Positions 39,523 through 52,737 of a DNA stretch of 64,000 nucleotides are shown here, piece by piece. The stretch's first letter is position 1. Every line of letters starts with the position of its first letter. The stretch comes from Callorhinchus milii. Its lineage: Eukaryota. Location: positions 30,568,001 to 30,632,000 of the forward strand of contig NW_024704742.1 in the NCBI RefSeq assembly GCF_018977255.1, written 5' to 3'. Position numbers and translations under genes: made by a program. A model generated the notes under the pieces. The model worked only from the letters and a program-made list of their open reading frames with translations, was not told where the DNA came from and ran no database searches.

Positions 39523-40609
39523 CTATAATAAACACAAGGGATAAATTTACATAAATTGGGAGGAATAAACACACTTGTGCTCAAACACTGATTCAACTTT
39601 TAACCACATCTTCAGGCACTCACCCCAGACACATGCACACTTGACAACACACTACTCTTCCTTTATAAGCCTTTGGGCTTGAGGGTAAAGACGCATTGCA
39701 TTTGCATTGTTGAAGGCACGTAGTTTGTGCTGAAATCGGCAAAACCACTCTTTTTGAAGTGGAAAGAGAATGGGCAGGGGCACAAATGCAAAGCATTTAG
39801 AATTGTTGTGGCTAACCAAATGAATTTTTCTTTATTGAATTTTTCTTCATTTACGTCCGAGCTATAGATATCGATGCTCGGTAACTACTGGAAACAAGGT
39901 ATTGATTTGGCACAGACTTGCCTGGACTGGTGGTGCTGGTGTTTGGCGAGCTAACTACTTGACTCTCCAAAAGCGACCATTGAGCTACTGCACCAGCATA
40001 ATGTGTAAAGAATAATTCACTGAAGAAAAATTAGTTTAGTTGGCTGACAAAAAAGGTTGGCCACCAATGATCTAGAGTGAGCTTATTTATCAAGTGCGAT
40101 CAGGAACACTTTCATTCAATTCCATCTGCAATAGTTGCTGTGATTTAAGCACCAAGCCAGAGTGTTGCCAGAATCCCTTTTGAAATCCCCGAGTGGTGGT
40201 TTCACGAGGGCTCAGAGCCCATCAGGGATGAGGGCTCGTCAGCCTATAACCACTCGCTAGCTGGTTGGCGGTTTCCTGATGCCAGAGGTTGGGCCACATC
40301 AGTATTGGGTCAATAAGATGGACAACCAGAAAACAGGAGCTGGTGATGAATGAAACAACAAATACATTTGTACAGGGCCTTTCACTTCAGGAGGAATGCA
40401 TGAATGCAACCATGCATTTACCAAACCAACATGCTTTTAGGTGTGCAATGCATCAATTTCTTCCTTCAGTCATTGATTTCTGACTTTAAAAAAGGGGCAA
40501 ATAAATACAAGCAACCCAATTACAATGGAACAATCAGAAATTAATTCATGGTACAAAAAAGCCAGTATAAACTGGTCAGGACAGAACATCTGGTGGAGTC
40601 AATACTCAC

Positions 40610-40694
40610 TGATAGTTAATGCTGAGCTCCTGTTATCTGTGAACTCCACAATGTAACATCGTTCCAAGACAATTACTTCAGCAAGATCCGACTT
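40610..40694 (-). CDS. INPP4B: INPP4B coding exon, putative PH-domain beta strands (85 nt, phase 0 to 1): KSDLAEVIVLERCYIVEFTDNRSSALTI
   Basis: Minus strand reads cctctcattcatttcccacag|AAGTCGGAT...ACTATCA|gtgagt, a strong polypyrimidine acceptor and consensus donor. The frame is open and the phase-1 end joins the phase-1 start of 20407-20619 (A+CT=Thr). VIVLERC resembles the GVIVLEQC / GALLLERC motif of invertebrate INPP4 and PLEKHJ1 PH domains. Not in the ORF track. Confidence 0.8.
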
Positions 40695-42569
40695 CTGTGG
40701 GAAATGAATGAGAGGAATTAGGAATCGGAGCATCACAAACAAACTCTTGATAAACATCCTTCAACAACAGGGAGGCTGCTGAAGTAGCCCACCTCTCTTG
40801 TAATAAATTCACCTCTGGATTAGGAGGTGACTGTGAGAGGGCAAAGTTTGTAGACAGATGGCACTTGGTTCTTAATTACTATTTCCAGGAGCTCTGCTGC
40901 AGTTCATTTAACTCTAATAAAACTCAATAAAGGAGCCTGCTGTACAGGAAGAACATGAAATAAAACACATAATTATGCACATTATATGTTTAAAGATAAT
41001 TAACAAACTCATGAAAAGGTGTTTTTTTTTAAACACGGCTTTATTTCACTGCTGTTTACGGGATGTTGCTGTCTGCAAATTGCCTGCCACGCTCATCTAC
41101 AAATATGCACTCGTCACACTTCACAATAAAATACTGTAAAGCACTTTGAGGCATTTCCACCATGTGAATAAGAGCTATGTCAAATAGCTGTATCAAAGCA
41201 AGAATTATTACTGTAATTATATTATGATAAACAAAAAAGAAGTTATTGCTTCTAAATCTTATTGGCTTTCCAAAGGGAAATGTATAAACACCTAAAAAGT
41301 AGTCTGTAACGAATGTCACAACTCAGGTATTTTAGATAACTACTTTATTCTCACCTCCAAATACTCCAACCATGGAAATACAACAGCTATTCTACCAGAA
41401 TCCCTTTGTATACTTTCTGGTCTTCTTTCATTGGTTCCCAGTCAATTGTCTACTTCTTTTTAAAGGGTCATCCAACAGAGTTGGCTCTTGCCAACCAGTA
41501 CCTAATACTTTCCAGAATTGAGTAAGCAGGATACCTCCCTCCAGGCTGAGAGGACACATTCCAACAAACTATCTCTGGAATTTCCATATGTAGGTGGGAA
41601 TGCATGGAAATCTCAGTTAGGTTTGGATACTCTCATGCATGGTGATGGGTTTCTGCATTCTCAGACATCCAGCTGACCCCAAAAATCCAACAGAGTCATC
41701 TACAGAGGTATGGGGTAAGGCAAAGTTAATGGGACTGAAAGAATTGCTCTGAAAGGAACAGACACAGAACATGGCGGGCTGAAATGTCCTTCTGTGCTGT
41801 AAATTTCTACGGTTCTATGTTACTGTAGCATGCATGTGCATCAATAGATTCATAAATTCATTGATGAAGCACCCAGTAGCAGAAAAAAGTGAAGCCTAAA
41901 TGACTTTGCAAAGAATATGTCCCCTCCGCAAGCTTGGTTTACAAATGCTACGTAACGCTTGTTTGCTTTAAGCCAAAACTGGTTCCGGAGCATTGTGTTG
42001 CTGCTGAGATCAAGAGAAACACAGTGGAGATCACTTAAAATTAATTCCAATGTGTTCAAATCCCATTTCGCTTATAATCGCTTCAATCCAAATGATTTGA
42101 GATCAATTCTGGACCTTATGTTTAGTCAATAATTAATATCAAACTCAATGGCCTTTTCTATCATAAAATAACTGGACGTATAAGATTTTTATGGCTATAA
42201 GAAATGGTTGTTAACTCAGCTTAATTTTTTTTAATTGCTCATAGCTTGTGTTGAGAATTTGATTCTTTTTTCTGTGTTTGAATTTAAAGTCAATGTCACA
42301 AAATCAAATCCAAACCGGATGTCCAGCCACAAAATGGAGCTGAAAATGCTGTCAGTCCCTACAGGTCCTGCTAAATATAAATGAAACCACTTTATATGCA
42401 CTCCTAAGAGGCCAACAACAAAAACAAATTACATTTGTCAGGAGGACGTTCCAAGTCCCACTGTCACCCTCCTCAGCAATCCCACTGGAAACCTCTCCCT
42501 CCTCCTGCCACTTGCTCCCTTTCCCCTCAAATTCTATGCTCTTGTTCCTTTGTCCACCCTCCGCTCCTC

Positions 42570-42893
42570 CAATCTGCAGCTTACAGCACCCGTTGCCTTC
42601 ATTCTTCCGGGTCTGGCCTCCTCCTTGTTCCCCGAGTCCTCCGCTCCACCCTCAGCGGCCGTGCCTTCAGCCACTATGCCCTGAGGCTCTGGAACTCCCT
42701 TCCTCACTCCCTTCATCTCACTCCCTCCCTTCCCATTTTCAGGTCTCTGCTGAAGACCTTTCTTTTCGACTGCGCCTTTAGTCACCTTTCTCCCCTCCCC
42801 CTGGCTCGGTCCCGGGATCCGAAACTGTAAAGCGCTCTGAAACGCTGTCCGGCGTGGAGGGTGCTATATAAATCCAAGTTGTTGTTGTTGTTG
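42570..42893 (+). mobile_element. L2 3' end
   Basis: SGSGLLLVPR...GRAFSHYALRLWNSLP...LKTFLF followed by a (ttg)n tail. Confidence 0.85.
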
Positions 42894-44883
42894 TAAGAGT
42901 TAGAGTTGTTTAAAGGCTTGGGGGACGCGCAGGTAGGTTTTGTCTGTACAAGTGTGACCAATGTTTGTGACAGAGTATTTGCATTGCCAGCAGATATTAT
43001 TCTGTGTTATCACACACTATGTAGCACTGTATATTTGTGAGTCCAAAACAAGGGGGCATAAATATAAGATTGGTAGTAATAGAAGATCTAAAATTAATCA
43101 CCCACTCCATGGCTGTTTGTGCGACATTACTGTGCGCAAATTGGCTGCCGCGTTGCCCTACAAATCTATACAGTCAGTGCACATTACAGTATATCCTGTG
43201 AAGGATTCGACTATGTGATAAGGCACTTAATCAATTGCAAAGATTATTATTATTATCTAAAATGGAGTTAACGGTGGTGAGAAGGTGGACCTCACTGCCG
43301 GAAGCTGTGTTTGAAGTAAATGGTGCAAATGTATTTAAGAGAAAACATTCGCATCCCTTTGCCAACTGCAGTCCCCAATGCCCCTGTGCTGGCTGATCAA
43401 ATCCAGGATTATCCAGGTATCTATGGCTCAGAAAGGAAGACCTTTCATCAACAAAACACACAGTCACTCCACTTAAAGTACATTCTGTGGCACACTTTGA
43501 GATCTTCTGCTGATTTGAAAAGCGCTATTCCAAATGCAAGGATTATTATTTTTATAAGCTCTCATTTGTACAGTGCCTATCCCATTGAAATGTTTCAATG
43601 TGCAGTTTCCACACAGAGCAATGGTTTTATGAACAGAACAACAACAAAATTACATTTGTATAGCCATCGGTAAAGAGCCTATTCTATCATATTTTGTACC
43701 AATTTCACTGTGCTGATAAATCATTCAGTGTCTTAGACACAGGCTGTACACAGCAAACTAGCTATTACTGGAGGCAGCGTTTTTATCCTTTTGAGGTTGC
43801 ACGAACACTTACACACTGAAATAAAGAGAGAGATTGACAATTTGTTTTAAAATGAATCCTGAATCAGCTTTCGCACAAGCCTAACATACACCGAGGCTTG
43901 CTGCCAATTAAAGGGTTTATTTTGAAAGTCTCGTCATCCCCAGAGAACAACACAATTACCGCAGCAACACACGACAGCCTAAGGTTACCCCAGCAGGCTT
44001 CACTTTAGAGCAACCCAAGGTGGGGGTAGAAACAAGCCCCAGCCGTGATTATTACATGAACAGAGCACGTCTGATCATCAGTTGCAGCAATTATATTTTT
44101 GTAAGACAGCTGAACTTTGGAAGCTTTCCATGAAAACCGGGAGTTAGGCAGCCAGGTATGTAGGTGCTAGAGAGAGGTGACTGATAATTCAGTTTGGTCA
44201 GCTTTCAGCTGAAGAAATTTATTATTATTATTAATAATAATAATATCCTTGCATTTGAATCCTTGCATATAGCACCTTTCACAACAGAAAGCCAACGCAC
44301 TGCACTTCACTGGCTGAACTGTAAGGTGGAGTGACTCTGCGTATTGCAGGCAACAACAACAACTTGCATTTATACAGCGCCCTTTACGTGGGGTAGCATC
44401 CCGGAGGCAAACAAGACATGACTCATTGAGAACTTGAGGCCACACAGAACAGCCTGGAAACAAAGTTGAGCAGTGGAAAGGGTAGTGAAGTTGGATTGTG
44501 GAGAAATTTATATTTTAAAAAATCCGTACATTTTGTATTGAACCTTAAATGTCACAAGGATGTCCCAAAGCGCTTCACACAGGATATTCTGTAAAGTGGA
44601 GCGACTGTGTATTTTGTGGTTGAATTGGAAAAATTGAGTTGTTTCTCGGTGTTAACCACTTTGTGACATGCAAGTATATATACTCTGACATTTGCAGTTA
44701 TTCAGTGCGAAATATTAAGTCAATTCTCTTTGGTAACCCAAAAGAAGCTGTACTGGTTGCAAGTCTAAATTTCTGAATTGCAACTCTGCTAAGTTAAAAG
44801 CCTGTAAATTGCTGCATAAAACCTTGGCAGATTAAAATTGGCCCAATTCAATGATACCAAACAAATTGATTTACCAAAAAAAC

Positions 44884-44975
44884 AAAAACAGAAGTCGCTG
44901 GGAACACTCAGCAGGTCAGGCAGTATCTATGGAGAAAGGAAAATGAGTCAACGTTTCGGGTCCACGACTCTTCGT
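44884..44975 (-). mobile_element. Penelope-like terminal repeat fragment with a hammerhead-like core remnant
   Basis: Minus strand: ttacgaagagtcgtggacccgaaacgttgac...ctccatagatactgcctgacctgctgagtgttcccagcgacttctgtttt. Confidence 0.55.
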
Positions 44976-45099
44976 AAAAACTTAGGGGATAGGAGAGGCA
45001 GACTGGCGCTGGAGTACAGATTCTTCCCACTCAGAGTCTGTTAACCCTGTAAGTCAAAGCCCTAATGGGTAGACCCAGTGAACATAGCTTGACAAGCAG

Positions 45100-45385
45100 C
45101 AATAACAACAACAACAACTTGGATTTATATAGCACCCTCCACACCGGATGGTGTCTCAGAGAGCTTCACAATAATGGATCCCAGGGCCGAGCCAGGGGGA
45201 GGGGGAAGAAGGTGACCAAAGATGTGGTCAAAAAGAAAGGTCTTTAGCTGAGACCTGAAAATAGGAAGAGAGGGGGTGAGGCGAAGGGAGTGAGGAAGAG
45301 AGTTCCAGAGCCTTGGGGTATAGTGGCTGAAGGCACAGCCACCGATGGTGGAGTGGAGGATTCAGGGGACAAGGAGGAGGCCAGA
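45100..45385 (-). mobile_element. L2 3' end (same subfamily as 42570-42893, inverted)
   Basis: (aac)n ttggatttatatagcaccctccac... is the reverse complement of the tail at 42850-42890. Confidence 0.8.
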
Positions 45386-48300
45386 CCCATGAGTGATTTT
45401 AGCTGGGTAAACTCCAGCAGTGCTCTGGGCTCTCTGGGCCAATGGCTTGGCTCTTGCCAACCTGTACCTAATATTTCCTCGGATGAAGTGAGAAGGGTGC
45501 GTCCTTCCAGGGAGAGAATGGCCTACTTCATTCCAGACACAAAGAAATCTCCATACATACTTGTCAGTAATTTGGTTTGGATATTTAACTGTATTGATGG
45601 GTTTCCACATGGGTCAGACACTAAATTGCACAGCAAACAATTAGATCAAATAATTCCCCTCCCCTATTGTACTACAAAAGACTAGACAGTGATAAAACTG
45701 CCAATGTGGTTAAATCCACCGTCTACCCTCCCAGGTAGGCTACTAAGAGAGATCCAAACACTAGCCAAGAGACAGACCCACCACACAGTGAGAATGAAAT
45801 ACGCACGTTTTGGGTTAAATATAACTGCATTGTATGTTAGTATGAAAAGTAAACAGGTAAAATACACCTTATTAAATCATTCTCCGATCTGCCCCGCTCT
45901 CGCTGATAATGTCTCATTCAGAACATTTCTGGGCCACTGGCTGCTTTGCACAGCTATCCCGAGGTGCTCAGCCTTCAGCTCCATTCTCTGCAGTGCAGGC
46001 CACGACCTCCTAATTGTTACCATGTTTGAATGGAGGGCTGGGCACAGCGGGAGGCAATAAACACACTGCATTAAGATGCTACAGGAGCAGGTTTTCATTC
46101 CTCAGTGCAGCCCAGACCACACGCTAAGCTGCAATTCAGGCCACCACACTGAAGACCATGTGAATAGTACACTTAATAAGGCCTATTCCAGCAACCTGCA
46201 CTCTGTAGTCAATCTGAATGAGATAACTGCTGTGCTGGAGAAGCTACGTGAGACAATAATCTGGGATAATAGGTTCCTATATCCTCCCAGCAGTGAACCC
46301 ATAACCATGGAGCCATCGAGCCAGTCTGCAGGCTTCTGAGAGTTGAAGCAAGGCTGAGTTAGAAACAACTTCTTCAACTATACATTCCAACTTATACAGC
46401 ACCTTTTACAAATGGTGAACGTCTTGAACACCCTCAAGCCATTTTCTCTCATGAGAACAGGTTGCCAGTAAAACCATCAGACAGCACCCCTCAACTAGCT
46501 TTTGCTCATTTCTACTCATCCCAAACTCCACTGCCATGGTGAAGATGTGGAGCAAAAGAATCAAATACCTCAGACATCTCAGTGCAAGAACATCACACCT
46601 TCTCAATTACTCACGAGCTTGCCCACAAATCCCATGATCAATTCTTTCAGAAAACCATTGCTTTCCTCTCACATAGATATTTTAAACACATCTCTGCTAT
46701 TTTACAAATATCATGCCCTCAATTTTGCTGAAAGCAAATCTGTCACCCGTTGTACTTGTCCCCTCTGCACCTTATCCCATGAAGGCAGGTTTTGCCTTTT
46801 ACTGTGATAGCGTAAGTGATATCATTCACCTTCTCTTACCCTGACTAAATGGCCACTTATAATAATTATAATAGTAATCCTTGTATTTGATATAGGGCCT
46901 TTCACGTCAGGAGGATGTTTTAATGTATATCAAGTAAAATAGTAGTAATCCTTGCATTTGGTATAGTTCCTTTCACGTTGGGAGGACTTCCCAAAGCGCT
47001 TCACAGGATTCACTGTGCAGTGCAGTCACAGTGGGTTATTTTGGCAGCCAATTTGCACGCAATGTTCAACAAATAAACACAAATTGAATAGTCAATCTTA
47101 TTTGGGAGGATTGTTGGCCAGGAAACCAGGAGAAACTCACTTTATTTGTGTGAGACCTTTTGCAAGATATTCAGTGGGGGATGGGGGCAGGGGGGGAAGA
47201 AATCATAGATAATAATCAGGAGCGAAAGCCTGGCTGCTTTTCCTTCCCTAGTTCAGGAGCACTGGGATTAATCTCTGTGGTGAGATCAACTGACACAGTA
47301 GGGATGAAGCCTCACACCCCCCATCTGACTCTCAGATATTCGCTGAACAAACTCACTGAGACAATTGACTATTTTTTGTTCGACACTGCATTTGTATTTG
47401 TGAAGAATTTTTTTGTGAAGCAATTGTCCTAAAGTAATTGTCACTCACTTGGTGTAGAAAATGTTCCATTTACACTGCAAGTGGAATCCAGAGCACGTGC
47501 TGCTATTTTAAAGTTGCTGGGGATGATATATGACTTTATTATAGACCTGTACCCTGAGAGCACATTGCCAGAAAACCTGCTGAAGATGTGCATTATCCTG
47601 GAATATTGGCTATGTTTGTTTTTTTCAATATAAAGGAGTGAAGCAAGATAGAGTACAGTAACAAGGCTGATCCTCAGTGTAAGAGGGATAAGCTATGTTT
47701 TCTTTGGTCAGCCGGGTGTCTGACATGTGCGGAAAGCTATCCCATGCTTAAGAGTATCCAAACCAAACGGAGAATTCCATGCATCCCACCTACACATGGA
47801 AATTTCAGAGATAGATTGTTGGAATGGAATTATATGTTTAAAATTATTTGTTTAAAATGAATAAGCTATGATGTACGACTTGATGAGCGAGGGCTCTTCA
47901 ATTTCAAAACAAAATATCTCAGGAATGCAAGAGATGTATAAGATGCTAAATGAGATAGAGAAGGTGAATCCAGAATGATACTCTCAAGATGCACCAAGGT
48001 ACCAGAACAAGAGGGTCATCAATGGCAAGAATAGGTTACCAAGAAGGGTAAAACTGTTTTTTGTACCACGCTACATTTAAAATGAAATCTTAGAATTCTA
48101 CAATAAATTGGAGAATGCAGCAGAGGAAAGTATTACAGATAGAACTGCATTTATCGACTCTCTGGATTTCTGATCAAAATAGGCATGGAAATATATTAAA
48201 AGCAGTACCATTGACAGGGTGTTTGATTGGTTTCAACCCTTGCTGAGACTTCAACTTTAGTCAAACTCCTTCAGCCTGCAATTTCCTTCATAATCACGAC

Positions 48301-48696
48301 ATTAAAGATAATTTCCTCATACCTTGCATGAGTGCATGAAATATAAACGCAGAAACTTAAAACCTCTTTTGTCAGTATGCCCAGCCGAAGATCAAAGTTA
48401 ATCACTACCTAATTTCAGTTTACAAATACGCTCTCTTACGCACTTTATTCTATTCATACATTTCAATTTGATTTTAGTCAGGGGAAAAGAAAAGGATTAC
48501 TATAACCAGCATCTTGCGGACGTCTTGAAGAAAATATCTTTTTTGCTTTCAATTTAACGCTGTACCTACTGACTTTTCAAGGAAAATACGCGGAGGGTGG
48601 TGGGGGGGGGGGAGGAGAGGAGAGGGATGATTTAATAGCTAAGAGGAATATTGACCTACTCTGGTCAGTGGGATGATGATTTGGTCACAGTCTGAG

Positions 48697-48972
48697 ACAA
48701 CAACAACAAATTACATTTGTATAGCGCCATTCACGTCAGGAGGACGTCCCAAGCCACTGGACAGTCAGGAATCCGCACCCAGGTTGGTGGTTGGGATCAG
48801 GAGAGATGGAGGGAGGGGAGAGTAGGGTAGGAGGGTAACCAAAGGCACGGTTGAAGAAGAGGGTCTTGAGGCAGGTATTGAAGGAGGCAAGGGAGGGAGC
48901 GAGGGCGGAGGGACTGTGGAATGGAGTTCCAGACGGTGGGGGCAGAGAGGCTGAAGGCCCGCCCAACAATGG
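48697..48972 (-). mobile_element. L2 3' end
   Basis: (aac)n tail and reversed GGRAFS..P..WNS motif. Confidence 0.8.
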
Positions 48973-49080
48973 CTGTTAATTATAAATTTAGTTTGTACAG
49001 TGAAGCTGACCCAGGAGTCTAATAATACCATTACTATTCCTACTACTAATGGGGTTTGTTATAATACAGGTTTGCTCCAA

Positions 49081-49149
49081 GGCAGGTGCCCTGTGCACCG
49101 CCAGGCAGGTGCCCTGTGCACCCTCGGGTAGATGCCCTGTGCATCCCTA
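49081..49149. repeat. 23-bp minisatellite, 3 copies
   Basis: ggcaggtgccctgtgcaccgcca / ggcaggtgccctgtgcaccctcg / ggtagatgccctgtgcatcccta. Confidence 0.85.
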
Positions 49150-52100
49150 GGCGGGATCCTGAGCTGAGACAATGCACAACCCAACTTACTCACATTAGTA
49201 GGTTCACTTGTGCAGCGCGACACTGCACAACCTAATGCAATAGAGCGAGCACGTTATGTCATACAGACAGGAGGTCTGTGTATTTCTATGTCACCAGAAA
49301 TGTGGGCATCGAAGATGTCACAGGGCAGGAGCACTGACACTGATCACCTTATAATGGGGCTCTGCTATAATAGTGTTTGATATGGCACCAATTAATGTCA
49401 AACCATTTCAAAGAGTTTTGCAAGGAATTGCGGTAAAGTGAAGTGACTGTGTACGTATAGGCAATTTGTGCGTATCAATGTCCCCCAAACAGCTGCGAGA
49501 TGAATGATTTAGATTCATAGATTTTCATAGAATGTTACGGCACAGAAGGAGGCCATTCGGCCCATCGAGTCTGTGTCGGCTCTTTGACAGAGCAAGTCAC
49601 TTTCACTAACCCCAATCACCAGCTTTCTCCCCATAACCCTGCAAACCCGTCTTCCCCAGATTAATTTATCTGCAGAATTTTTGGTCAGGAAACTCCCTTT
49701 TTTTCCAAACATTACCATGAAATCTTTAACGTCCACTGGAGCAGGCAAACAATTTAACGTTTAATCCAAAGGAAGGTCTGCCTTTCTAATATAGTTACAG
49801 AAACTTCATCCCTAACCTCTGCGACTCCCTCCCTCCACCCCTCCTATTACCCCTCTCTCTATTTGTTTTAAATCCCACCTTAAAACCTGCCTCTCCGCTC
49901 ATGCCTACTGTCACCTCTCGCCTCTTCTTTTGTAAAGCGCTCTGAGTTCTTATCCTATGTGAAAGGTGCTATATCACAACATCTTGCATTTTATATAGCG
50001 CCCTTCACGTGAGTAGCAACTCAGAGCACTTGAAAGCGCAATATAGTATAAGTGCACGTTGTTGCTTTATTACATTTTTTTTTAACCTTACATGTTGCCT
50101 GCACTGTTTAAAGCCTTCAGGATTTTTCAGTTTTGAATATAACTGGCACGTTTATTGCCCACACAGGGTACTGTATAACTGCAAGCAGCAGATGCTTTCA
50201 AAAGCCTAGGTCGACCCACCGAAAATAGCTCTCCCTCCCTTTAATGCAACTGTAAGTGGAATATTATGCAGCCAATTAAGAAGACAATATCCGACAGACT
50301 AAAGATATTCTGCAACCTATTAAGAATTAGAATTAAATCTAATCCATGTCATGTGCTAAAGTCTTCACAGAAATGTTTATGTAATTTTCAGAAGTATCTT
50401 TTCTTAGTAAGTGCATCACAAATCCTGTGCATGTGTGGTTTCAAACAACTGAGGAATTATCAGCACAAGACTCCTGTTCGGCAGCTGGGATGATATCAAA
50501 GAACATATAGACTATATTGGTGATACTGTGCTTCTTAAACAATGTGCATGTGAGCTCATAAAACATGCAAGCTGCCTCTGTTAAGATGCCTTAAGAATAG
50601 AGGCAATCGGGCATGATTGAATGCAAGCGAAACAAGGAAGAAACCCAGCTCTGGGGTATTTGATCAGAGGTTTTAATTAGCCTGCACAGACAGTGAGATG
50701 TCTTACCGTCAGTTGCTACTAAGTCTCCTCATTGAAGAATACTCAGTCATTTTTCAGCGACAGCCCACTAACCAGCAGCATTAATCCATCATGCAGTGCC
50801 ATCAGCTACCGAACATCAAGCTGACAGCAGGAGACTGGCAATTTGCATTCATTCACTGGCACATCTGAACTGCTGCGACATTTTTCGATAAACCTGACAA
50901 GCCTGGCATCTCATCAAAAGGGGGGAAAAAAAAACAGGGGCCTCCTCATACAGGCATCAAACAAAATAAATAGTGTTTCGGAAAGCTGGGGTCAGTATCA
51001 ACTTTCCACAGTGCATGGAATTTTCAACATGTGCTTTCACTCGTCAAGCACGGCTACAGAAGTAAACAAACAACAATATATGTTTTCAGGTTTCAAATAG
51101 TGTAGAGAAAAGTAGAAGTGGGGAGCACACAGGAGATCTGGAGCTCTGATGTCATTGGACTTTGCTGTGTCCCAGTGAGGGGAGGAAGTCATGAGAAAGG
51201 GAGAGAAACTGGAAATGATCGACAAAACAGACGCGAAACAGTAGTGAAGTTTGACATCTGGTAAAGTATGTCTGACACCCAGTAAAGTACTTAATTTGGG
51301 AAAATCTATTGACCGATTTACAAAATACACAAGTGTTTTATCTGCTGGGGAACATGACTGACACAGTTAGCTTTGACCTCATTTACTCCATAAGAGCTTA
51401 CAACAACTGCTGGAAACTCACAGTGGGACGCTGTTCACCCGAGCAATTTGGGAATCACTTCTGTGCAACCAAGCGAGTAAGTTGGATAAGTGATTGCATG
51501 TTAATTGCAATGTTGGTCGGCGCTGGCTAATTCTCATTCAGATTAGAAACTGACACACTATACGATAAACAATGGGTAAAATATGCAGCATCTCAGAACT
51601 GAAGCAATAATTATCCTCCCGACATGAAAGCCGCTATATAAATGCAATTTGTTGTTGTTGTTGTCACCAGTGATAACTCCTGAATATTCAGTTGTTTTAA
51701 GTTGACATTAATTATTATCTGGTGACAATTATCACATCAAATCGATATGAAACGCCACATAGTTTATCTGATTGATAGACGTTCAGGTAAGGCGTTTGGA
51801 TAAACCTCCCAAGTGTGTATATTAATTGAATCAAACATCGATGAAATGTGCTAAGTTAGCAAAAGGTATTTATGAAACCTGAAGGTGATATTTTTATGAG
51901 GTTAACCAGAGTATATCCTTAACTGGCTATGTGAAGATTTTCATGGAACCTGGGTGACATGAAGCACACACTGAACGAATCAGGTTGAATCTCAGTATTC
52001 TCTCTGCGCATAGTTGTACTACAGTCATATCCAAGTAAAGTCATTTTTGACTGTCAATCAATAAACTTAGTGAAAACAATGGGTTTGTGTCTTGGGATGG

Positions 52101-52299
52101 TATTATGGATCAGAATTGCTCAAGTAATTTGCCAATATCATCAAAAGGACTGTTTTAAAAATAACATACGGTATTAAGTGAAGCGCTGAAATATCAGATG
52201 TGGCTCAACAGAGAGAGACTGTGGTTTAATGGTTTAATCTCATCTGAAGGTGGATAATATCGAAATTAGCTGAAGTTATATAATAACCCTTACAATGCT

Positions 52300-52737
52300 T
52301 CTGTTTGATACAGCACCTTTCAGGTCAGAGGAACATCTCAAAGCACCTTCACACTGCAAAGTTTAGTGACTATGTCTCTTGGGGGCAAACATGGCAGCAA
52401 ATTTGCATACAGCAATGTCCCACAACCAGCCGTGAAGGGAATGACCAATTTTTATTTGAGAGATTGTTCACCAGGACACTGGGAAAACTCTATTTTCAAA
52501 TAGTACCATGGGATCTTTAACATTCACCTTAAACAGGCAGTTAGGCAATTTATCATGTCAACTGAAGGATGGAACCTACGACAGTATCTTGCTTTTACAG
52601 GTCACACCTCACCAGGGTAGGGTCCCAGAACACTACCACAAGCACTCCCCCAACACTGCACTGGAGTGTCAGCCTAGGTTAAATGAGTTCAAAGTCCCAA
52701 GAGGCGAAAGTGGTTACCGAATGAGCTAGGCTGACAC
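52300..52737 (-). mobile_element. Deu-domain SINE
   Basis: Reversed tail, ccatgggatctttaacattcacc core and ctggagtgtcagcctagg head region. Confidence 0.75.

Noticed and set aside
49081..49149. CRISPR-like direct repeats (also 3271-3347)
   Set aside because: Head-to-tail minisatellites with no unique spacers or cas genes, in a eukaryotic intron.
51090..51260. Plus-strand AG...GT exon-like segment (and 61333-61389)
   Set aside because: Stops in all frames for the first and no recognisable product for the second; an antisense transcript cannot be supported from sequence alone.
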